Virus record (IMG/VR): IMGVR_UViG_3300038443_002533
Location: 192,001-256,000 of that record
From: a virus
Taxonomy: Duplodnaviria; Caudoviricetes
Length of the DNA: 64,000 nt
Strand: one strand, 5' to 3'
The notes under the pieces were generated by a model. That model made no database searches. It was given only the letters and a program-made list of their open reading frames with translations, and was not told the origin of the DNA. The position numbers and the translations under genes are program-made. Numbering within the stretch: position 1 is the first letter of the stretch; every line of letters begins with the position of its first letter. Shown piece by piece: positions 19,118 through 29,747 of this stretch.

Positions 19118-19155
19118 GCATAGCTCCCGCTCCCCTTCGGGGTAGCGGGAGTATG
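19118..19155. terminator. bidirectional CATA-hairpin-TATG terminator
   Basis: Between convergent genes; TTCG loop; T-run downstream. Confidence 0.7.
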
Positions 19156-19160
19156 TTCGT

Positions 19161-19517
19161 CTATTTCTTTTTTGGCCACACGGGCAGGGGTACCGATTTG
19201 CCAGCGAGATGGTGCGGGCTATCGGTACAGTATTCAATGCGGCCTTCGACAATAAAGTAGTGGCACGTCGTGTACGACACGCGTCGTTCGCGTTCTTCTA
19301 AGTTACGGGGTGCGTTGGAGCTGATCCGCATCGAGGGGTAGAACGAGGGTTGTTGGTAATCGTGGTTGAATGTCCAACCGATATTTTCATGGAACAGGGT
19401 GTATTGGTGTACCTCATCGCACGCTGGGCATAGGTGGCAGTAATACCAGCGCTTATTAAAATCGTTAAAAAAGCGCCGTAGATACGGGCCCACTTGTTCC
19501 ATCTCATCATATCCCAT
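19161..19517 (-). CDS. DUF6527-like Cys/His metal-binding protein
   Basis: CPACDEVH...WTFN.D...PSF.PS...CHYFI.EG.I.YC.DS.H.LAG.SV.LP pattern. Confidence 0.7.
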   Translation of the reverse strand: MGYDEMEQVGPYLRRFFNDFNKRWYYCHLCPACDEVHQYTLFHENIGWTFNHDYQQPSFYPSMRISSNAPRNLEERERRVSYTTCHYFIVEGRIEYCTDSPHHLAGKSVPLPVWPKKK

Positions 19518-19568
19518 CGTTTTCCCCTTTGCGGTTTTTTAGGCAAAGCCCCTCATAGTTTTTGAACA

Positions 19569-19613
19569 GCATAGTCGCCTCTCTAGGACCAACCGGTCCT
19601 AGAGAGGGCTATG
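19569..19613. terminator. CATA-hairpin-TATG element
   Basis: GCATAG..CCTCTCTAGGACC-AACC-GGTCCTAGAGAGG-GCTATG, directly after the helicase stop. Confidence 0.7.
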
Positions 19614-19616
19614 GGC

Positions 19617-21668
19617 TTACCACCGCAGTGATGCAGGCTGGGTAATACTGGGTTCCACCAGCTCAGTAAATCCTTCTTGACTGAGCAAATACGTCAAGAC
19701 TTCGATCCCTTCGGTGGCCAGTTGATTCTCATCCACCGCAATCCCGAGAATCGTTTCGACTTGTTTCCGGCTCCAGTCGAGAATGTCATCCGAGCGGGTC
19801 GACAGATTCGGCTCGTTACCGGTGTCGAGCGTGACGGTGACGAACTTGATCGAACCATCTTGTCCTACTCGGTCGATCCGCGCCTCGGTTTGATCCAATT
19901 CTCCCGAACGGAACGGTCGGTTCATCATCATCGCGGTCGATGCCATGATAAGCGGGACTGCCGTCGAGAGCGATTGGAAGGTCGCGATCAAGGGATTGGC
20001 GTCTTCCATCTTGTCGAACGTATTGATGATGTTCGGCAGATCATGGTTGGTGAGACCATACACCCGCAATGGATTGTAACCTTTCTCCTTGAGGATGTCA
20101 TGGATCCGATCCACCACTTCGATGTAACTCGTAAAGATCACGGTCTTCTTGCGGGCACTGTCGATCACGGTTTCGTAATCCACATGACTGGCCAGATCCA
20201 GGTTACATTGCATCCGCCGTTTGCCCAGAATCCGCCCGAGCGCTTCGCCTTGGACTTTGAGCTTGTAATACTTGACCACCGACTTGGCGTTACGGAATTG
20301 ATCCTTGAGCGGCTGGACGAGATGGGCGATGATTTCCTTCTCGTAAGCGTTACAGAACTTCGATTCTTCTTTCATGGTCTCCGGGTCGTAGTTCTGGCGA
20401 ATCATCGTCACGTACCGCTTATACGTGCCGTAGCGGGCTTCTTGATGGGGATCATGGCGAATGATGTTTTCCCACACCCCAAGACCGGCGAAATAGTCTT
20501 GTTCGTACTTCTTGAAGTTGGTGCGGTAGTATTCCATCCGCTCCGCCACGAACTCACGCATCTCCAGCGACACCGCTTGCAGTGTGTATTGCTTCCCGTT
20601 GGGGATCTTGATCGGCAAGTCTTCGCGGGTGATCTCATTCTGGATGACCTTGGCCTTGGTCACGCGGTGCACCAGATAACCCAGACGGTTGGCCAGGATA
20701 TCCAAACCTTTCGAACTGGACTTACCAAAGATCGCGATGAAGCGTTCTTCTGCGTTGCGGTCAAAGAACGGGTCGATGGTCTTCAACAGCGGCACCACTT
20801 CTTTACCGATGGCCTTAATCGGGGTCCCTGACATCCATAGTACATGCTGGGCCTTGAGCGACTCGCGACAGAGTTCGATGAACAAGCGCGTGCGCAACGA
20901 ATCGATCTCGTTCATGTTGTGCGATTCATCCAGGATCACCGTGGGTTTGCGTCCTTGGTACGTCTTGAAGAATTCCACCGCCCGATCGAGTTGCTCGTAA
21001 TGGAACACGTAAAAGCGTTTGCCCATCACCAGCGGTTCGTTCGACGAGGATACCCAGAATGGCACCGGGGTCTTGTAAATCGTAGCCAACGTCGCAGCCC
21101 ACACCCGGTCCAATGCATTCTTCGGGGAGATCACCACCGTGCAATCCGAGTCGAGGCATTCCGACCACGCAATCGAGTTGATGGTCTTACCTGTGCCGGG
21201 ATCGGCAGCCAGCATATAGCCTTGCAGATTGAACTGCGGCACCTTCTCGTTGTAGGTGTGCAGGAACCCCATCTGGGTGTCAAACAGCGTCGCGGTCAGC
21301 CGGTTGAGGTTATGGAAGTTCAAGATGTCCGGGAAACGCTCTGTGGTGCGTTTAAACCAGGTTTCCCGACGCAATTCTTCCGCGGCCTTACGGATGGCCC
21401 GGTAATTGTAATTCCCGCCCCTGGGCGTTTCTAAAATACTTTCCAGTGTGTAGATGACTTCCGGCAGAAAGAACTTGTGGAAGACCACGTACGAACTGGT
21501 GATTTTGCTGAACATGTTCAGCCCGATCTTGGAGGTGCGCCAGATGCGCGCCAAGTCGTTGGTGTATTGGTAAGTGGGCAAGCCTTCGATCCGGATGAAG
21601 TTCCCTTCTTCCGAGACATGAATCGTGCCAATCATTTTGCGCAAGTTGCTCAGCAACATCCTTGCCAC
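19617..21668 (-). CDS. SF2 (SNF2/DEAD-like) helicase
   Basis: Walker A ADPGTGKT, DESH box, SGTP motif III, QTEARIDRVGQ motif VI. Confidence 0.9.
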   Translation of the reverse strand: MARMLLSNLRKMIGTIHVSEEGNFIRIEGLPTYQYTNDLARIWRTSKIGLNMFSKITSSYVVFHKFFLPEVIYTLESILETPRGGNYNYRAIRKAAEELRRETWFKRTTERFPDILNFHNLNRLTATLFDTQMGFLHTYNEKVPQFNLQGYMLAADPGTGKTINSIAWSECLDSDCTVVISPKNALDRVWAATLATIYKTPVPFWVSSSNEPLVMGKRFYVFHYEQLDRAVEFFKTYQGRKPTVILDESHNMNEIDSLRTRLFIELCRESLKAQHVLWMSGTPIKAIGKEVVPLLKTIDPFFDRNAEERFIAIFGKSSSKGLDILANRLGYLVHRVTKAKVIQNEITREDLPIKIPNGKQYTLQAVSLEMREFVAERMEYYRTNFKKYEQDYFAGLGVWENIIRHDPHQEARYGTYKRYVTMIRQNYDPETMKEESKFCNAYEKEIIAHLVQPLKDQFRNAKSVVKYYKLKVQGEALGRILGKRRMQCNLDLASHVDYETVIDSARKKTVIFTSYIEVVDRIHDILKEKGYNPLRVYGLTNHDLPNIINTFDKMEDANPLIATFQSLSTAVPLIMASTAMMMNRPFRSGELDQTEARIDRVGQDGSIKFVTVTLDTGNEPNLSTRSDDILDWSRKQVETILGIAVDENQLATEGIEVLTYLLSQEGFTELVEPSITQPASLRW

Positions 21669-21766
21669 CCTTGGAAGTATTTTTTAGTTAAAAACAGAGT
21701 GACATATAACACCCACTCTCTAGCCACACAATAGGCTAGAGAGTGGGGTGGGTGCTGCGTAGGAAC

Positions 21767-23338
21767 TTAGATCATCATGTCGGAACCGTTGAAGTCCCAC
21801 ACCGGGTTTTCACGGGCACTGCCAATCGGACCCGCCCCAGGCTTACGCAGCGTGGTATCCGGTCCGTCTACATCGTCGAGCAGGTTCCCGACTTCCTGCA
21901 TCGCCCAAGCGGCGTAGCGATCGATCATTGGGGTCTGTCGGGTCTTACGGTGTTTGCCCCGTTGTCGGGTCAAATACGCCTTACCGTTCACATACTCGAT
22001 GTGTTGGAACACTTCGAGATCGACTTCCTGGTCCAGACGCTGGGAGCCGTCATACATGCCTTTGCCGGGCAGCGTGCGGACCAAGTTCGCCGTCCCTTCC
22101 CGCACGAGCTTCTTGGCGTCGGACGAGAGCTGGTGCGGTGTGACGAACAGAATGTGCCGTGGGGCGCAGAAGTTACGAATGCGGCGGAACATGTCACGGA
22201 TGTCGGAACCGGCCGTGGTCATGATGCAACCGGTGGTCGGCAGCATCGCCAGGTAATCGACGAACAACGCCACCACTTCGTAACCATCGGCTTCCAAGGC
22301 CAGGACTTTGTTTTGCACGTCCAGGTAAGTCCAGCCCGACGGGTTGACCCGCATCATGCGAATATAGAAGCCCGTGGCTTGCATCCGCGGCATGATGTAG
22401 TCAGCCAGATCTTCTTCGCTCAAGCCCGTCAAATCCGGCAGGGTCTTGACCGCGTCTTCTTTATGCTCGTTGCAATGGAACTGTTCGTAGAGGAACTGGA
22501 AGTTTTCCTTCAAGCTGTCTTCGAACGAAATGCGCAGCAGCAACGGCTTCTTGGCTGGGTTACGCAGTACCGGGGTGTTGTACACCGCGATATGACGGAA
22601 CTCGGTCAGATTCCCGCCGGTCTTGAAGTTGTGCGCCAGCGCCGCTGGACTGATCACGGCTTCGCCGCGGCGATAGCCACCGTCGAGCATGCGGTTCATG
22701 CCTTGCAGACCTAGGCGCAGGATCGTGCTGCCTTCTTCGCCTTCCTTGACCGCTTGGAACACGTTGGCGACCTGCTCGCGTTTGCTGAAGTCGACTTCAT
22801 CGACCACTGCCGGATCTTTCTCGATGTGGCTGGTGGTGTACGGCTCCAGCATCTCGCGCAGTTCCATCGCGAAGGTGTTCATCGAGTGGATCTTGGCTTT
22901 GTTGAACTTCACCTTGCTGAACGCGTCGGTGATGATCTTCTCGACTTCCTTGTTGCGGAAGTAATTGCGGATCTGGTTGCGCAGGTTGATGCAGGTCCGT
23001 TTCAGCGCCCCTTCGGACAGTTCGGGCATAATGCCGCCCTGGAGGGCTTCGTAGGTGATGTCATCATCGCCGCAATTCATTTTGAGGCGTTGCAGCAATT
23101 CATTCGGCTCGTACTGATGGTCGTAGGGGTTACAGGCCATCATGTAAGCGGTTTCTTTCAACCCCATCAAGACTTCGGTGCCGCGGTCTTTGATATCGCG
23201 CCCCAGGCTCACGTCAGGGGTTTTGACTTCTTCCACGACCTTCAATACATCTTCCGCAGAGTTATTGGTATGACCCACTTGCTGGCTCTCGCGGTAGAGT
23301 AAACTGATCGCGCTGACAAGCAAAAGTTGAATGTTCAT
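21767..23338 (-). CDS. dnaB: DnaB-like replicative helicase (phiKZ gp118 type)
   Basis: GGYRRGE, divergent Walker A ALAHNFKT, FVDYL, TPHQLS, RGKHR; divergent to the capsid gene as in phiKZ. Confidence 0.85.
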   Translation of the reverse strand: MNIQLLLVSAISLLYRESQQVGHTNNSAEDVLKVVEEVKTPDVSLGRDIKDRGTEVLMGLKETAYMMACNPYDHQYEPNELLQRLKMNCGDDDITYEALQGGIMPELSEGALKRTCINLRNQIRNYFRNKEVEKIITDAFSKVKFNKAKIHSMNTFAMELREMLEPYTTSHIEKDPAVVDEVDFSKREQVANVFQAVKEGEEGSTILRLGLQGMNRMLDGGYRRGEAVISPAALAHNFKTGGNLTEFRHIAVYNTPVLRNPAKKPLLLRISFEDSLKENFQFLYEQFHCNEHKEDAVKTLPDLTGLSEEDLADYIMPRMQATGFYIRMMRVNPSGWTYLDVQNKVLALEADGYEVVALFVDYLAMLPTTGCIMTTAGSDIRDMFRRIRNFCAPRHILFVTPHQLSSDAKKLVREGTANLVRTLPGKGMYDGSQRLDQEVDLEVFQHIEYVNGKAYLTRQRGKHRKTRQTPMIDRYAAWAMQEVGNLLDDVDGPDTTLRKPGAGPIGSARENPVWDFNGSDMMI

Positions 23339-23456
23339 GATGTTGGTTCGGTTAAGGTTTATGCGATTGCCGTTATTCTTCTATGAGTAGCTCTTAAGTC
23401 CACATACTAAAGACTTGTCTCATCTTTTTAAATCTGGTTTCACAAGGAGTTCACCC

Positions 23457-24083
23457 ATGGTGGAACAAAAGAAACATGTCGTTTACGTGCCGTACTGGAT
23501 TGCCGGTGCGCTGCAACGTAATAACTTGCCGTTGTCCACCCTGCTGGACTACCGCAAAGTCGCCAAGTTCTTCAGCCCGCAAGAGCAGGCGAACATGCTG
23601 CTGTTCGAGGAAATCAACCCGTTCAAGGCCGAACTGAAAGACGGTCGTCTTCAGCCGGTGTATGGCGTGACCGAAGTGGGCTCGACCACCAGTATCACCG
23701 AGTCGTGCTTCGACGCCCCACTCTATGACGCGTGGCGTCAGTGTGTCTCAAATTCTACCGATGCAAATGATAATGCACTGGTGAACAATCTTTCGACGAT
23801 GAACTCGCTGTCCTGGAATGAAACGACGAAAGCTGAAGTGTCTGCGCGGTTTGATCCGGCCAACGCTGGCCGCTTGAACTACACCGGACCCTTTATTACA
23901 TATGACGTGGAACGTAATTACCTCCTCGTCGTGATTTACCCAGCGTTCTTTGAAAGTGCGGTACATGAAGCGAATGTGGTAGCTCTGTGCAAGCAGGTGC
24001 TGGAAACATTCTATGTGTACAACACGCCCGCATCGGGGTGCAAGACACCATACTTCCGGAAGTATCTCGAATCGTTAGGGTAA
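23457..24083 (+). CDS. conserved phiKZ-like protein between DnaB and the major capsid gene
   Basis: Start reassigned to ATG 23457 (AAGGAG SD); synteny. Confidence 0.65.
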   Translation: MVEQKKHVVYVPYWIAGALQRNNLPLSTLLDYRKVAKFFSPQEQANMLLFEEINPFKAELKDGRLQPVYGVTEVGSTTSITESCFDAPLYDAWRQCVSNSTDANDNALVNNLSTMNSLSWNETTKAEVSARFDPANAGRLNYTGPFITYDVERNYLLVVIYPAFFESAVHEANVVALCKQVLETFYVYNTPASGCKTPYFRKYLESLG

Positions 24084-24187
24084 TTATGTTCTGACTTCGT
24101 CAGTAGATAATTATCTAATTATTTGAGCTGAATAAGCCCCAAAGCAAATTCCTTTCCCAATTTCTCCTGTAAGGGTTGGTTATAACC

Positions 24188-26380
24188 ATGAAAAGCATCA
24201 TCTTCAATAGCGACCGTGAAACCAAAGGCCTGGGCGGCTTCCTGGCACGCACCCATGACCTCGCGAATAACTTCGTTCACGCTGGCAGCGCAGCCAAAGT
24301 CGGTCAGAACCTCCTGGCCGTCGAATCGATCTCCAGCAACCCCGCGGCCGTCAACGAACTGCAAACCACGGCGCAGGAACTGCTGGCCAAGTTCAACCAA
24401 TTCGCCGCCGAATCGTTCCCGGTCACGGACAAGGCCGGCCGCGTCGGTCACGCCTACAACGACAACCAGATGAAGGCCGCGACCATCGCCGCCATGCTGG
24501 GTCACGACCTGAAGGGTGCGATCAACGCCCCAACCAAACCGGCCATGAGCCTGGAAGGCATCGCCGTCGCCGGCGTGCTGGACCAAACCCCGTACGAGCG
24601 CCGTGCTTCGAACGAAGCCTACGACGAACAATCGACGGCAACGTCGGTGGCCTTCTCGGTCGCCTACAACCTGGAATGCGCCCGCCAATCCGAGCTGGCC
24701 GAAACGCTGTTCCCGACCGTCGTGATTCCGCCGAACGAAGCCGGCCTGTTCATGTCGATCGACCTGGCCCTGCTGCAAGACGACGCCAACCGCCAGATCA
24801 GCGGCGCCGTGACGGACTTCCACCGTTACAACGTCATCCGTGCGCAGACCTACCCGGAACTGCTGCAAAACGACGCGTCCGACCTGGTGCCGGTGCTGCG
24901 TGACGAATCCAAGCAGAACTTCGTCGCCGACACGATCATCGCCCCGATCGTCCGCAAGATGGACAACGGCGAAGAAATCACCACCAGCTACCTGAAGACC
25001 GGTGCCAAGTTCGACCTGCTGTCGATCTCGCACACCGACACGATGGTCGCAAAGGGCCTGCCGAACCAGACCGACTCGATCGATCCGGGCGTCTTCCTGG
25101 AAGAGATCCTGATCCAACTCCAGTCGGCCGACGGCAACACCAAGGAAGTCATCAGCTTCAACGTCAAGGAACTGCCGGGCGCTGCCTACTACCAGGCACA
25201 ACAAGGCGACTACCGCGATCAACAACTGTCGTTCCAGAACGGCAGCCTGCTGATCAACGGCTCGACCACGACCGCTTCGGGCGCTGCTTCGACCCTGCTG
25301 GCTCCGATCGGCACCGGCGGCTACGAAGTCCGCCTGGCAGTCGACGTCTCCGGCCGCCTGAACCTGCAATTCGGCGCAGGCTCGGTCTACGGTCCGGCAC
25401 CGGAAGTCACTGCGGTTGCCAAGAACGGCACGCAAGTCTCGACGGCTTCGGGCGCTGGCGCCACGATCGCTGCCATCTTCGCCAACGCGTCGATCATCGG
25501 CTACAAACTGTACGCAAAGCGTTCGAACCTGAACCGCCGTCTGCGCGGCCAAACGATGGACACGAACACGAAGAAGCAGTTCTACCCGCTGAACCTGCTG
25601 GCTCCGGTCACCATCGTGCGTCCGCACTCGGCTGGCGACGTCAACGACGCGCGCGACCTGTCGTTCCTGATCTTCACGACCAAGACCCGCTCGTCGATCG
25701 ACGCGGTCGAAGTGCTGCAAGCGCACGCCGCAACGATGAAGTCGATGCAAGGCCAATACCACGTCCCGGGCGAATCGGTCGAGACGTTCGGTCTGGCTCG
25801 CTGGCTGCTGGATCCGTACTACGCGCACGACACCTACGTCGCACCGGACGTGGTCGATTCGATCAAGTCGTCCGAGCGCGCTGCCGACATCCAGGCATCG
25901 CTGGTCAACCTGATCCGTGACCACGTGTACAAAATGTGGCAACTGTCGTCCTACGGTCCGGCTTCGGCATCGCAGAACGGCGGCGTCGCAACGATCCCGA
26001 CGGTCATCATCGCCTGCGATCCGCGTATCGAACAGTACCTGAACATCACCGGCGACCTGCGTCTGCTGGGCGACAAGTTCCCGGTCAAGGTCGTGTCCGA
26101 TACGAACAAGAACCTCCGCGGCAAGCTGTACGTCACGTTCGGCAACATGGAAACCGCAGCGCAAGGCGTCCCGAACGTCCTGCACTTCGGCACCACCATG
26201 TATCGTCCGGAAATGACGATCATCCTGCCGGTCTCGCGCGATGGCCAGACCTCGAAAGAGATCACCGTCTCGCCGGCGTTCCGCCACTTCGTCAACCTGC
26301 CGCTCCTGGTCGAGATGGACGTGTCGGGCATCGAAGACGTGGTCGACGCCAAGCTGCCGATCGTAATGCACACCGTCTAA
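24188..26380 (+). CDS. major capsid protein (phiKZ gp120 type)
   Basis: ~730 aa; SLE/SNE maturation sites; AYNL...Q.E.AE.LFPT motif; extreme codon bias; synteny. Confidence 0.9.
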   Translation: MKSIIFNSDRETKGLGGFLARTHDLANNFVHAGSAAKVGQNLLAVESISSNPAAVNELQTTAQELLAKFNQFAAESFPVTDKAGRVGHAYNDNQMKAATIAAMLGHDLKGAINAPTKPAMSLEGIAVAGVLDQTPYERRASNEAYDEQSTATSVAFSVAYNLECARQSELAETLFPTVVIPPNEAGLFMSIDLALLQDDANRQISGAVTDFHRYNVIRAQTYPELLQNDASDLVPVLRDESKQNFVADTIIAPIVRKMDNGEEITTSYLKTGAKFDLLSISHTDTMVAKGLPNQTDSIDPGVFLEEILIQLQSADGNTKEVISFNVKELPGAAYYQAQQGDYRDQQLSFQNGSLLINGSTTTASGAASTLLAPIGTGGYEVRLAVDVSGRLNLQFGAGSVYGPAPEVTAVAKNGTQVSTASGAGATIAAIFANASIIGYKLYAKRSNLNRRLRGQTMDTNTKKQFYPLNLLAPVTIVRPHSAGDVNDARDLSFLIFTTKTRSSIDAVEVLQAHAATMKSMQGQYHVPGESVETFGLARWLLDPYYAHDTYVAPDVVDSIKSSERAADIQASLVNLIRDHVYKMWQLSSYGPASASQNGGVATIPTVIIACDPRIEQYLNITGDLRLLGDKFPVKVVSDTNKNLRGKLYVTFGNMETAAQGVPNVLHFGTTMYRPEMTIILPVSRDGQTSKEITVSPAFRHFVNLPLLVEMDVSGIEDVVDAKLPIVMHTV

Positions 26381-26479
26381 TCCAAGACGGAACTGATGAA
26401 CCGCTGTGTCAGGATAACCTCTTGCCATGGTGGTTCGTCCATGGCTATAAGCAACCCTTACAGCTAAGCATTGGGGCTA

Positions 26480-26517
26480 CCCTCCTACCCGCAAGGGTAG
26501 GAGGGCCAGCTGCTATG
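26480..26517. terminator. hairpin-family element after the capsid gene
   Basis: CCCTCCTACCC-GCAA-GGGTAGGAGGG identical to the 32358 core; TATG downstream. Confidence 0.75.
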
Positions 26518-26532
26518 CCGTCAAAAACTTTC

Positions 26533-26559
26533 TCTAGATTATTTCACGTCTATATCACT
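26533..26559 (+). promoter_or_regulatory. putative phage early promoter
   Basis: TCTAGA-tt-ATTTCACGTC-TATATCACT; drives the operon containing the nvRNAP subunit, consistent with early expression. Confidence 0.75.
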
Positions 26560-26590
26560 AAATTGATCTGCATAGAAAGCGTGGCTGCCT

Positions 26591-27799
26591 ATGCCTAACC
26601 AATTTAACAGAAATAGAGTGTCGACCATGGAACAAGACGACGTCGTAACGTTTTACGGGAAGGTCCGCATCGCCACGATTAAACCTGGCGATACCGAACA
26701 AGGGGGCTTGACCCACTTTCAAGTCAATACCCGCTATGTGAACAATACCCGGCAAATCGTGCGGGTCAAACATCGTTCGAATTTGGAAACCAGCTTTCCG
26801 GCGGTGCCGGTGCGGAGCCCTTATGCGCACGATGAAATGTTTATCGTTAGAAAAGAATTGGTGGTATCTATCACTTGTATCGAAGCGATGCGCAGCTATT
26901 TCGTCAACCTGCCAGAAGGCGGCGAAGTCACGAGTGAACTCGAATGCTTTCGCAGAGCGTTTCTGCAAGTGTATGAAAATGTGTTTCGGGTCCATCAACC
27001 GCGGGAACTGCGGGCGGTGGTCGAACACACCTTCACCGAGAAAGATCTGGAAAGCCATGGCGGGATCTTCTACCATGATGAACTCGATCTGCTGATCAAG
27101 ACCGGTGACGCACCGTTTGAGATCGCCCATCCGAACAGTCCGCTGGGTCGGCAACACACCCTCGAAGAGCGTGCCGTGCAACTACGCGATGAGCACGGTT
27201 TCATCTTCTGGATAGAAATTATTGATAACCTAGAAAGGTATGATGAACGTTTCGTACCGATCTGTAACCAGGTGTACAAGATCGTACCCAAGAAAGATAA
27301 AAATAGACCGGATGGGTTGTATATTGTATCGAGCAAACCGTCAGCAGGTCGGATTACGTCCACCGAAATCTCGACCCGGCATTACCCGATGGAAGATATC
27401 GAAAAGGAACTCGGTATCTACAGCAGCTACGAGTCCGCCAAAGCCAACGGCGATGTGGCTGGGGCACGACGGCGTGAGATGCAAGAACGGGAGCACGAGT
27501 TTGCTCGACAAAAGCAAGAGTGGAACGAAACCGAACTGCGCTATAAACGTGAAGCGATCGAACGCGACCGCGCGTTAAAGGACGCTGAAGCAGAACGTCA
27601 ACGCCAGAACCAGACGATGGACGATCTGCGGGAACGGCAAACCCACCTGATGAAAATGCAAGAAATGCAAAACAAAGAGCGTTTCGACCAACGCCAAGCG
27701 GAACGAAAAGATGCGTCTGAGATGATCAAGTTCTTACCTGTGATCCTCTCTGGCATCGGCACGATTCTGATGGCCTGGTCAACGTTCCGCGGTAAGTAG
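26591..27799 (+). CDS. conserved phiKZ-like protein with C-terminal coiled coil and hydrophobic tail
   Basis: 402 aa; charged helical region then ILSGIGTILMAW; synteny between capsid and RNAP genes. Confidence 0.7.
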   Translation: MPNQFNRNRVSTMEQDDVVTFYGKVRIATIKPGDTEQGGLTHFQVNTRYVNNTRQIVRVKHRSNLETSFPAVPVRSPYAHDEMFIVRKELVVSITCIEAMRSYFVNLPEGGEVTSELECFRRAFLQVYENVFRVHQPRELRAVVEHTFTEKDLESHGGIFYHDELDLLIKTGDAPFEIAHPNSPLGRQHTLEERAVQLRDEHGFIFWIEIIDNLERYDERFVPICNQVYKIVPKKDKNRPDGLYIVSSKPSAGRITSTEISTRHYPMEDIEKELGIYSSYESAKANGDVAGARRREMQEREHEFARQKQEWNETELRYKREAIERDRALKDAEAERQRQNQTMDDLRERQTHLMKMQEMQNKERFDQRQAERKDASEMIKFLPVILSGIGTILMAWSTFRGK

Positions 27800-27833
27800 A
27801 ATAATCCCAACCCGTAACAAAGGAGCTGCGTAC

Positions 27834-29528
27834 ATGGATCCCTCCCTTCGATCTTTTGTGATCGACGATTTCCCACCTCTGAATATGAAAGTGGCCGAAG
27901 GGTTCGCGGTATCGGAAATCCCCAAGTCCGAACGCTTTATCAAGATGTTGTTCGAATCGATCGTCGATACCTTCCCGCCGGGATTGCGGTTTGTCGACGC
28001 GCAGCGCTGTACGCCGATGGAAGAATACCGGGAAGCCACCAAACGACATAACCAAAAGTCGTCGAAGAATTCCCAGCGTTCGCAATTCGACATCGCCAAG
28101 TCGAACGTGTACATGATGAAATACCTGTTCGAGTACACGCCACCCGGCAGCCAAGTCACGATCCAACTCAAGCCGCGCTATCTGTATTTGCCCTGGGTCG
28201 ACGATGGCGGCTTCATCAAGATCAGCGATTCGCTGTACACGATTTCGCCGGTGGCGGCAGACCGGGTGATCTCGGTGATGCGCAAAACTATCTTCGTGCG
28301 CCTGATCAAATCGCGCTTCAACATCAACCGCATCAGCCAGCATTTCAAAGTGGACAACGTCGATACGTTCGCTCACGTGGTGTGGTCGAAGATTCACCAA
28401 AAGAAAGTGGTGCGCGACAAGAACGATCCGGACAGCGTGGTGGCAGAATCGACCCTCGGCCATTACCTGTTCTGCAAGTACGGTGTGCTGGAAGCGTTCC
28501 GGCAATTCGCGGGTACCAACGTCGTGGTGGGCGATGCCGAACACATCACCGAAGAGAAATACCCGCCGGACCAATGGCACATCGCGCGGACCTCGCGCAA
28601 TGAACTCAACGGTCACCCGAATGGGCGGCGCGCCGAGACCTATCGACCGACCCGACTGCGGATCGCGATCCCGCGTGGTCAAGACACTCCGATGGTGCAC
28701 AACCTGATCGGGGCGTTCTTCTATCTGGCCGATCGCTTCCCGGATCGCCTGGCGTATTTGCAAGAATACGTGGTGCGCCAAGATGAGCAGAAGCTGGCCC
28801 ACGAACGGCGGATGTGGACGCTGATCCTGGGGCATCTGGTGGCACCGGGTTCGCCTGAAGGTAAAGTGCTGAAGGAAATGGACAGCCACATGCGGTCGCT
28901 CGATGAATACATCGACCCGATCGTGAAAGAGCAGTTGAAGAACATCGGCTATCAAGTGGACAACGTGTACCAGTTGTTTGCCCGCTTGATCCAGGACTTC
29001 GACCCGCTGTTGCTGGCCAACCGCAGTAAGCTCTCGTCGATGTATGACAAAGAGCTGAACGTGCTCCAGTTCGTGTTGTTCGAAATCAGCAAGAACATCA
29101 TGGAACTCGGGTTCCACATGCTCAAGCTGTGCGAAGAATCGAACCTGTCGCCCGAGAAGCTCAACAGCGCATTCGGCAACAAGATCCGTACCGGCGCGAT
29201 CTTCCACATCTACAAGTCGTCTGGTGCGGTTTCCGCCAACTCGTACCCGGGCGATAACAAGGTGTTCAAGATTACCACCCTGTTGGTGCCGCAACAACAC
29301 ACCAACAAAGGCGGTCGTAAGAAGGGTGGTTTGCAGCTGTCCGATCCGATCAACCAACTGCACATCTCGGTGGTTGAAGTCGGCGGGTATGCCAACCTGC
29401 CCAAATCGCAGCCGTCGGGTCACTTCCGCATCAATCCCTTCGTGGGCTTGACACTGGACAACGTGATCAGGCGTCATGCGGAACTGGTCGACGTCTACGA
29501 CGACGCCCAGCGCAAGATCGAAATGTAA
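27834..29528 (+). CDS. non-virion RNA polymerase beta-like subunit (phiKZ gp123 type)
   Basis: FPPGL.F...RCTP.EEY N-terminus, YLYLP....GG, LGHYLFCKYG, VEVGGYANLPKSQPSG...INPF; synteny. Confidence 0.8.
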   Translation: MDPSLRSFVIDDFPPLNMKVAEGFAVSEIPKSERFIKMLFESIVDTFPPGLRFVDAQRCTPMEEYREATKRHNQKSSKNSQRSQFDIAKSNVYMMKYLFEYTPPGSQVTIQLKPRYLYLPWVDDGGFIKISDSLYTISPVAADRVISVMRKTIFVRLIKSRFNINRISQHFKVDNVDTFAHVVWSKIHQKKVVRDKNDPDSVVAESTLGHYLFCKYGVLEAFRQFAGTNVVVGDAEHITEEKYPPDQWHIARTSRNELNGHPNGRRAETYRPTRLRIAIPRGQDTPMVHNLIGAFFYLADRFPDRLAYLQEYVVRQDEQKLAHERRMWTLILGHLVAPGSPEGKVLKEMDSHMRSLDEYIDPIVKEQLKNIGYQVDNVYQLFARLIQDFDPLLLANRSKLSSMYDKELNVLQFVLFEISKNIMELGFHMLKLCEESNLSPEKLNSAFGNKIRTGAIFHIYKSSGAVSANSYPGDNKVFKITTLLVPQQHTNKGGRKKGGLQLSDPINQLHISVVEVGGYANLPKSQPSGHFRINPFVGLTLDNVIRRHAELVDVYDDAQRKIEM

Positions 29529-29564
29529 GTCGTATCCAGAACTAACAACAGCGAGGATATCACC

Positions 29565-29723
29565 ATGGAGCAAGAACCGAAACCGCCTGACACACCGCCA
29601 CCGATCTCACTCACCGACCGGTGGCGCCGCATTCGGCGCCAGCAGGATATCCAGCGCGATCTGGAAGCCTGTGCTGAAGTCATCACCAAACACTTGATCG
29701 ACAAGATCAAGCGCAAACGCTAA
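29565..29723 (+). CDS. small basic hypothetical protein
   Basis: 52 aa, not in the ORF track; GAGG SD and A/C leader. Confidence 0.55.
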   Translation: MEQEPKPPDTPPPISLTDRWRRIRRQQDIQRDLEACAEVITKHLIDKIKRKR

Positions 29724-29747
29724 TCACAACAAAAAAGGAACATCGCC

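Noticed and set aside
19617-29528. Introns, inteins or homing endonucleases in the helicase, capsid or RNAP genes
   Set aside because: The ORFs are continuous and of expected size, with no intein or endonuclease motifs visible.
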